A program made the translations under genes and the position numbers. From an uncultured Piscirickettsiaceae bacterium (GTDB lineage: Bacteria > Pseudomonadota > Gammaproteobacteria > Thiomicrospirales > Thiomicrospiraceae): a stretch of 33,471 nt of DNA. Shown here piece after piece: positions 28,305 to 33,471 of the stretch. The stretch's first letter is position 1. Every line of letters begins with the position of its first letter. The notes beneath the pieces were generated by a model. It made no database searches. It had not been told where the DNA came from and saw only the letters and a list, made by a program, of their open reading frames with translations. The stretch spans positions 1 to 33,471 of the forward strand of contig CAYLXI010000002.1 of assembly GCA_964387695.1 (NCBI GenBank), read 5' to 3'.

Positions 28305-29295
28305 CCTTATAAATTGGCGGCCAACAGCAAGCATTTTAACACTTAAGAAACGCTCTAAAATCTTGCAAGATTTACGGGCGTTTTTTTATACACGTGATGT
28401 TTATGAGGTAGATACGCCTATTTTATCTACTTCTAGCACGCCAGATTTACATCTGCAAAGTTTAAAAACTTATTTGAATTTACCAGGCCTGGTAAAAAAC
28501 ACTTTGTATTATTGCCATACTTCACCAGAATATGCCATGAAACGCTTGCTTTGTGCTGGCAGTGGCGACATTTTTTATTTAGGAAAAGTCTTTAGGGATG
28601 AAGATTTAAGTTCTAGACATCAACCAGAATTTACCATGTTGGAATGGTATCGCTTAGGGTTTAGTTTGCAAAATTTAATGGAAGAAACTGCAGAATTAAT
28701 TCAAGCTATTATCGGCAAATGTGAGATTGAACAAATATCTTATCAACAAGCATTTTTAAATTATGCCAAAATTAAAAATATTCACACGGCTTCTGCTCAA
28801 ACATGTATTGAATGCTTAAATAAGCACAATATTCCCGAGGTGGTCGCAGTAGATTTAGAAGATAAAGATTTGTGGGAGCAGTTAGTTTTTACTGAAGTAA
28901 TAGAGCCACAATTAGGCTGGAATAAAGAGCAAAAAAAAATAAGCTGTATATTTAATTATCCTGCTAAAAATGCTGCTTTAGCACAAATATCAGTAGACAA
29001 TCCCCTGGTAGCAGAAAGATTTGAAGTTTTTGTTCAGGGTTTAGAATTAGCTAATGGTTATCATGAACTGCAAGATCCTAAAATTTATTTACAACGCTTT
29101 GAAAAAGACTTAGAGCTTAGAAAGGAAAGTGATAAGGGAAAAGTTGCTATTGATAGGCAATTAATTCAAGCTTTAGAGAAAGACGGTTTGCCTGATTGTT
29201 CAGGAGTTGCTTTAGGAGTAGATAGATTGGTGCAGCTGGCGTTGCAACAAAAAGATATTCAAGCAGTTTTAGCGTTTGCAGTGATGAAGCCTTGA
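28294..29295 (+). CDS. epmA: EF-P lysine aminoacylase (GenX/PoxA)
   Basis: [45 protein letters not shown]; GTG start overlapping efp. Confidence 0.96.
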   Translation: MQNSLINWRPTASILTLKKRSKILQDLRAFFYTRDVYEVDTPILSTSSTPDLHLQSLKTYLNLPGLVKNTLYYCHTSPEYAMKRLLCAGSGDIFYLGKVFRDEDLSSRHQPEFTMLEWYRLGFSLQNLMEETAELIQAIIGKCEIEQISYQQAFLNYAKIKNIHTASAQTCIECLNKHNIPEVVAVDLEDKDLWEQLVFTEVIEPQLGWNKEQKKISCIFNYPAKNAALAQISVDNPLVAERFEVFVQGLELANGYHELQDPKIYLQRFEKDLELRKESDKGKVAIDRQLIQALEKDGLPDCSGVALGVDRLVQLALQQKDIQAVLAFAVMKP

Positions 29296-29389
29296 TCAGA
29301 TAATTGTTTTATGGCGATTGTATTAAACTGTACAACAGTTGTAAAATGGTTCTGGGAGCATGTCGTGGAAATATAGGTCTTGACAAGGG

Positions 29390-29398
29390 TGGTATAAT
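29390..29398 (+). promoter_or_regulatory. Extended -10 promoter element for sspAB
   Basis: TGgTATAAT, 42 bp upstream of the sspA ATG; GGAG RBS at 29431-29434 region. Confidence 0.5.
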
Positions 29399-29440
29399 TA
29401 ATAGTTAATGCCTGTTTTTAATAATTTATGGAGACTTTAG

Positions 29441-30088
29441 ATGTCTGATTTACCCCTAACCAAACGCTCTGTTATGACTCTTTTTTCTGATTCAAAATGC
29501 CCTATTTCTCATAGAGTGCGTTTAGTAGCCAAAGAAAAAGATATTCCAATGGATGCTATAGAAGTAATTAAGGGGGAGATGTCAGAAGATTTGTTAGAGT
29601 TAAATCCTTATGGTACCTTGCCAACATTAGTAGATCGTGAGTTAATTATTAGTGACCCTCATGTCATGATTGAGTATTTAGACGAACGTTTTCCTCACCC
29701 TCCTTTAATGTCAGTAGACCCTATCTCAAAAGCGCGTGCTCGTCAGTTACTACGCCAAATTGAAGTTGAATGGTATCCCTTAGTAGAGACTATTGCTAAC
29801 AGCTCCAATGATAAAGCCGTGAAAGAAGCTCGTCGAGACTTACAAGAGCGCCTGATTCAAATGACTCCCGTATTTGAGCATCAAGACTATTTTATGAGTA
29901 ATGACTATTCTTTAGTAGATATTAGTTTGTCTGTTATCATGTGGCGTTTACCAGCTTTAGGAATTGAGTTGCCCAGGTCTGCTAAAGCCATTAGAGATTA
30001 TTCCGAAAAAGTTCTCTCCCGTGAAGTTTTTGCTGAAAGTTTATCAGACGATGAGTTAGATATGCGTGAAGTAAAATCTAAGGTGTAA
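29441..30088 (+). CDS. sspA: Stringent starvation protein A
   Basis: KRSVMTLFS, ELNPYGTLPTLVDR, EYLDERFPHPPLM. Confidence 0.96.
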   Translation: MSDLPLTKRSVMTLFSDSKCPISHRVRLVAKEKDIPMDAIEVIKGEMSEDLLELNPYGTLPTLVDRELIISDPHVMIEYLDERFPHPPLMSVDPISKARARQLLRQIEVEWYPLVETIANSSNDKAVKEARRDLQERLIQMTPVFEHQDYFMSNDYSLVDISLSVIMWRLPALGIELPRSAKAIRDYSEKVLSREVFAESLSDDELDMREVKSKV

Positions 30089-30090
30089 AT

Positions 30091-30489
30091 ATGAGTGATA
30101 TCTTATCTAATCGACCCTATTTGATTCGTGCCATGTACCAATGGATAGTCGATAATCAATGGACTCCCAATGTGCAAGTAGATGCAAACTATCCCTTTGT
30201 AGAAGTTCCGCAAGAATTTGTGCAAGAAGGGCTTATAGTTTTAAATATTCATCCTGATGCGGTGATTAACCTTCAGTTAGGCAATGAAAGCTTCTCCTTT
30301 CAAGCTAGATTTGGAGGGCAGGAAAGAAAATTATCTTTTCCTCCAGAAGCCGTCCTTTCTATTTTTGCAAAAGAAAGCGGGCATGGTATGCCATTTCCAC
30401 CAGAGCCATATCCTGAGGAATCCCATATTAAAGGCAATATCTCAAAAAAAACCGTTAAGAAAAAACCACATTTATCTATAGTAAAATGA
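30091..30489 (+). CDS. sspB: ClpXP specificity-enhancing factor
   Basis: RPYLIRAMYQWIVDN, ARFGG, C-terminal ClpX-binding tail PHLSIVK. Confidence 0.96.
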   Translation: MSDILSNRPYLIRAMYQWIVDNQWTPNVQVDANYPFVEVPQEFVQEGLIVLNIHPDAVINLQLGNESFSFQARFGGQERKLSFPPEAVLSIFAKESGHGMPFPPEPYPEESHIKGNISKKTVKKKPHLSIVK

Positions 30490-30503
30490 TTTTTTGATAG
30501 TTT

Positions 30504-30541
30504 AACCCAAATCCAGATTTTATAAAGAGGGTGTTTGGGTT
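30504..30541. repeat. Minimal derivative (H) of the MITE-like repeat (38 bp)
   Basis: aacccaaatcc...ggtgtttgggtt|TA; only the outer ~11 bp of each terminus is retained; 14 bp after the sspB stop. Confidence 0.55.
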
Positions 30542-30569
30542 TAAAAACAACTTTGGAAAAGGTCATGTT

Positions 30570-31079
30570 ATGAAGTTTATATTTTTAATTATCACTTTTT
30601 TGTTTTTAACCGCCTGTTCTTCAAAGCCTTGTCTTGAATTTGGATGGGGAGATAAATACTTTTATCAAGCAGAAAACCCAACGGTTGGTCTAGGTATTAA
30701 AGCTATTTTATGGTCGACTAAGTCAGTTGTTCATGTTGTAGCTCTACCTTTAAGACCTGATGAGTATTTCTCGTAAAATGTTATGGTTAGAAAGATATGT
30801 GTAGACAGTGATGGCTATGCTTCTTTATTGCAGTTTATTGATGAAAGCTTTTATAAAGATAGTCAGGGGCAACTAATAGAGCTTAACTTAGGTCTTTATG
30901 GTGACAGTCAGTTTTATAAAGCGAAGGGTAAGTTTTCTATTGTAAATACCTGTAATAGCTGGACAGCTAAGGGTTTAAAAAGTTCAGGAATGGAAATATC
31001 TACAGCTTTTAAATTAACGGCTAGCAGTGTTATGAGGCATGTAGAAAAATATAGGCAATTTCAGAAATGTGTGTATTGA
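30570..31079 (+). pseudogene. DUF2459 (TIGR02117-like) lipoprotein pseudogene
   Basis: ORFs 30531-30776 and 30783-31079 share one frame, split by TAA 30774-30776; joined protein has lipobox LTAC, EFGWGD, GLYGDSQFY and NTCNSWTA. Confidence 0.8.
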
Positions 31080-31242
31080 GTTCAGGGTTTTCTTTTTTGA
31101 AACCTTTGATTTGGACGGATTGTTTTTGGCGCTAGACTTTAATCTTTGTAGAAATCTTTGTAGAAAATCATGAGAAGAGTTTTTTGTATGAGATAAAATC
31201 TAATAAGCCCTATTCGTAAATAAGGCTTTTTAGTCTCTTAAT

Positions 31243-31269
31243 TTAAACTCTAAATGGTTTAGAGTTTAA
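31243..31269. terminator. Hairpin downstream of fccB, probable terminator
   Basis: Perfect 12-bp stem ttaaactctaaa-tgg-tttagagtttaa, 30 bp past the fccB stop; AT-rich stem lowers confidence. Confidence 0.5.
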
Positions 31270-31299
31270 GGCTAATTAAACGATTCCTTAAGGAAGCAC

Positions 31300-32604
31300 T
31301 TAATTAAACATAGTCCCAGCCATTCCTTCGTACCAACCAAAAGCACCTTTTGCTTGACCTGAAAAGTTACCATCTACAGGGAAAAGACCACCGCCTGTTT
31401 TTACGATAGCACCCTCTTTAACGGTATAACCAGCAGCAACTGAAATAGCATATTCAGGGCTAACTAATGAGAAGCACTGATTTCCTAGTGTTGGAGAAGC
31501 ATTGACCTCTTCTCCTCCTAGTAAGGCGACTATTGCAGCGGCACAAACCATGCCTTGAGTGTCTGCTGCAAAAGCAGATTTAGGCATAGGGCTTGCAATG
31601 CTAGAATCCCCTAATACATGAATATTAGTGATGAGTGTCGACTCAAAGGTTTTAGGATTAATCGGGCACCATCCAGAATCATCAACCAAGCCCATGCGAA
31701 CAGCGGTAATACTAGCTTTTTGTGCAGGAATATAATTAATGACATCGGCCTTGATGGTTTCACCATCTGCAGTTATAAGCTCTTTTTTGCGAGGGTCTAG
31801 GCGTTGTACATCTCCACCGTTAGATTTTGAAACCCAGTCAATGATAGAGTTATCGGTATTAAAGCCATATTTTTTTTCCCAGCCAGCGGTAAACAAAGCT
31901 TGTTTAGAAAACTTGTCTTTAGCATCTAACACAATAAGTTTAGCTTTAGGTTTTGCTTTTTGTAAGTAATGGGCAAACATTCCAACTCTTTCATAAGGTC
32001 CTGGAGGGCAACGGAAAGGGTTTGGAGGAGCGACCATAACAATAGTACCATTTTCAGGCATAGATTCTAATTGGGCATCTAGCATAAGTGTTTGATGGCC
32101 AGCTTGCCAAGCATGAGGTGCCATAAACGAGGTGCTTTCATCATGACCTTCAATTGTGTCCCAACGAAATGAGATGCCAGGAGAGACGACTAAACGATCA
32201 TACTCTAATGGTTCGCCACGCATTGCAAGGTTAACCAGCTGCTTGTCAGGATCAACAGAAATAACTTCATCATGAATGACATTAACACCGTGTCTGTTTA
32301 TGACATTTTCGTAGGTAAATGTCATCTCTTTCAATGGCTTAATGTCGGTAAAAACCCAGTTACTACCAAAGCAAGTGGAATATTTTGCATTGCGTTCAAC
32401 TAGAGTAACTTCAATATCAGGGTTAGCTCGTTTAATATTTTTTGCCGCAGAAATACCTCCTGGCCCTCCACCAACTACGACAACACGAGCAGCAGCAGAT
32501 TTTTCTGTTTTAATTGCGGGGGCGGCGTTTTCATTAGCACATCCCGTTAAAACTGCCGCACCAGCGGTTAAAGCCCCAAGTTTTAATAAATCTCTTCTTT
32601 TCAC
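31300..32604 (-). CDS. fccB: Flavocytochrome c sulfide dehydrogenase flavoprotein subunit (FccB/SoxF family)
   Basis: Twin-arginine leader KRRDLLK; VVVGGGPGG; YSTCFGSN (FAD-attachment Cys); FRCPPGPYER and NQCFS redox cysteines; PMPKS; GTG start with AGGAG RBS. Confidence 0.93.
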   Translation of the reverse strand: MKRRDLLKLGALTAGAAVLTGCANENAAPAIKTEKSAAARVVVVGGGPGGISAAKNIKRANPDIEVTLVERNAKYSTCFGSNWVFTDIKPLKEMTFTYENVINRHGVNVIHDEVISVDPDKQLVNLAMRGEPLEYDRLVVSPGISFRWDTIEGHDESTSFMAPHAWQAGHQTLMLDAQLESMPENGTIVMVAPPNPFRCPPGPYERVGMFAHYLQKAKPKAKLIVLDAKDKFSKQALFTAGWEKKYGFNTDNSIIDWVSKSNGGDVQRLDPRKKELITADGETIKADVINYIPAQKASITAVRMGLVDDSGWCPINPKTFESTLITNIHVLGDSSIASPMPKSAFAADTQGMVCAAAIVALLGGEEVNASPTLGNQCFSLVSPEYAISVAAGYTVKEGAIVKTGGGLFPVDGNFSGQAKGAFGWYEGMAGTMFN

Positions 32605-32694
32605 TTAAATATCTCCTGCTCATTGTTGAATGTTTAGGGAGGCACTTAATAACTAATATTATTTTATGCTGGCTAAAAGTGTCGTTATTTTCTC

Positions 32695-32727
32695 AGCCTA
32701 ATTATAGCCTAATTATAGCCTAATTAT
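32695..32727. repeat. Perfect tandem repeat 3 x AGCCTAATTAT
   Basis: Units at 32695, 32706 and 32717; about 90 bp upstream of the fccB start. Confidence 0.95.
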
Positions 32728-33059
32728 TAAGTTCTTCCTTAAGTTAATAATTTAAGGTTTTTGCATGAGTAAAGAGCGAAATAAAAGAGAGCTAAATTTA
32801 GCTGTATTAAGTAAAAAATGCAGGTAATATCGTTAGATACGACTAAAGTTTTTAACTTAATACAACTAAGTTTTAATAGTTTTTATTAGCACATTTACTT
32901 CGCGCAAAGACCTAAGTTTAGTATGAAAGTAAGCATATCATTTTATATTAAATTTTTCTGATACGAAGTAATTTAAAATAATAAATGTTTATGGTCTTTT
33001 TTAGTATAACTAAAATTAGATCAGCTTATCTCTGTTTTTATGGTTATTTTTTTGGGGCG

Positions 33060-33290
33060 TTAAATTAAACATAGTTCCTAACATTCATTTATACCAGCTA
33101 TGAGGCCCCTTTTGCCTCTTGTTTGAAGTTGCCATCTACAGGAAAAGAGACCGCCTCCTGTTTTGATGATGCTGTTATTTTCAACTTTGTATCCTGCTGC
33201 AATTGAAATCCCATACTCCGGACCAACTAATGAAAAACATTGGTTGTCCAGTATAGGTGCTTCATTAGTAGGTTTCTTGCTTTTGAAGAT
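33060..33290 (-). pseudogene. C-terminal remnant of a second fccB paralogue
   Basis: Manual translation APILDNQCFSLVGPEYGISIAAGYKVENNSIIKTGGGLF/PVDGNFKQEAKGA/HSWYK*MLGTMFN aligns to the intact FccB C-terminus; single-base insertions near 33145, 33103 and 33063, and TGA at 33085-33087. Confidence 0.9.
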
Positions 33291-33471
33291 ATTTTTGAAA
33301 AGCCTTGTTTTAGAGTCAAATTAAAATCCTTGACATGGGGTTCAATTTAGTTGAGTAATGAGGTTAGAGCAAATAGTTTTTTTCACGCCCTAATTCTAGC
33401 CTTGGTTATTAATCTAAGGTCACTACTGTCCGATTTAAAACAAGCCTCCCTGAGCAGAGGCATCAAAATCT

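Noticed and set aside
29380-29398. Perfect TTGACA and TATAAT upstream of sspA as one promoter
   Set aside because: Spacer is only 7 bp; only the extended -10 was kept.
1271-30541. Repeat family read as CRISPR, REP/BIME or integron attC sites
   Set aside because: Copies are dispersed rather than arrayed with spacers; no cas, RAYT or intI gene; no GTAG/GGAG REP tetranucleotide or RYYYAAC...GTTRRRY ends; flanking genes are core genes, not cassettes.
31141-31164. Two-copy 12-bp tandem aatctttgtaga
   Set aside because: Simple slippage duplication in a convergent intergenic region with no functional cue.
754-32608. Short antisense or alternate-frame ORFs (e.g. 754-1125, 3367-3558, 5263-5463, 8437-8721, 13835-14128, 22728-23876, 25026-26107, 30284-30566, 31618-32608)
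   Set aside because: All overlap well-supported genes and show no recognisable motifs.
33350-33471. Possible gene fragment at the window end
   Set aside because: Minus-strand frames contain stops, no frame resembles FccB or another family I recognise; needs the adjacent sequence.

Overview
AT-rich (roughly one-third GC, by eye) chromosomal window from a sulfur-oxidising gammaproteobacterium. The gene content (flavocytochrome c sulfide dehydrogenase flavoprotein, Campylobacterota-type Mqo) fits Thiomicrospira/Thiomicrorhabdus/Hydrogenovibrio relatives; this is inference. It is mostly housekeeping: partial ppnN, AI-2E transporter, folE2, mqo, folM, rluF, glmS, tRNA-Arg(CCG), yraN-lpoA/rsmI, a PAS-GGDEF cyclase, an aminotransferase, uvrB, a TPR/NTF2 + L,D-transpeptidase + MpaA peptidoglycan cluster, holC-pepA/lptFG, a GT-C + flippase-like + GT9 glycosylation cluster, epmB/efp-epmA, sspAB and fccB. 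I see no intact transposase, integrase, phage, CRISPR or defence genes. The main unexplained signal is non-coding: about 10 copies of one palindromic, MITE/ERIC-like repeat family. They range from a 160-bp TA-flanked copy to 24-80 bp collapsed or solo-end derivatives. Several appear co-opted: one supplies the last two codons and stop of epmB, one forms the tRNA terminator, and two fill convergent gene junctions. The window also has two decaying pseudogenes (DUF2459 lipoprotein and a second fccB) and a 3x11-bp repeat upstream of fccB.
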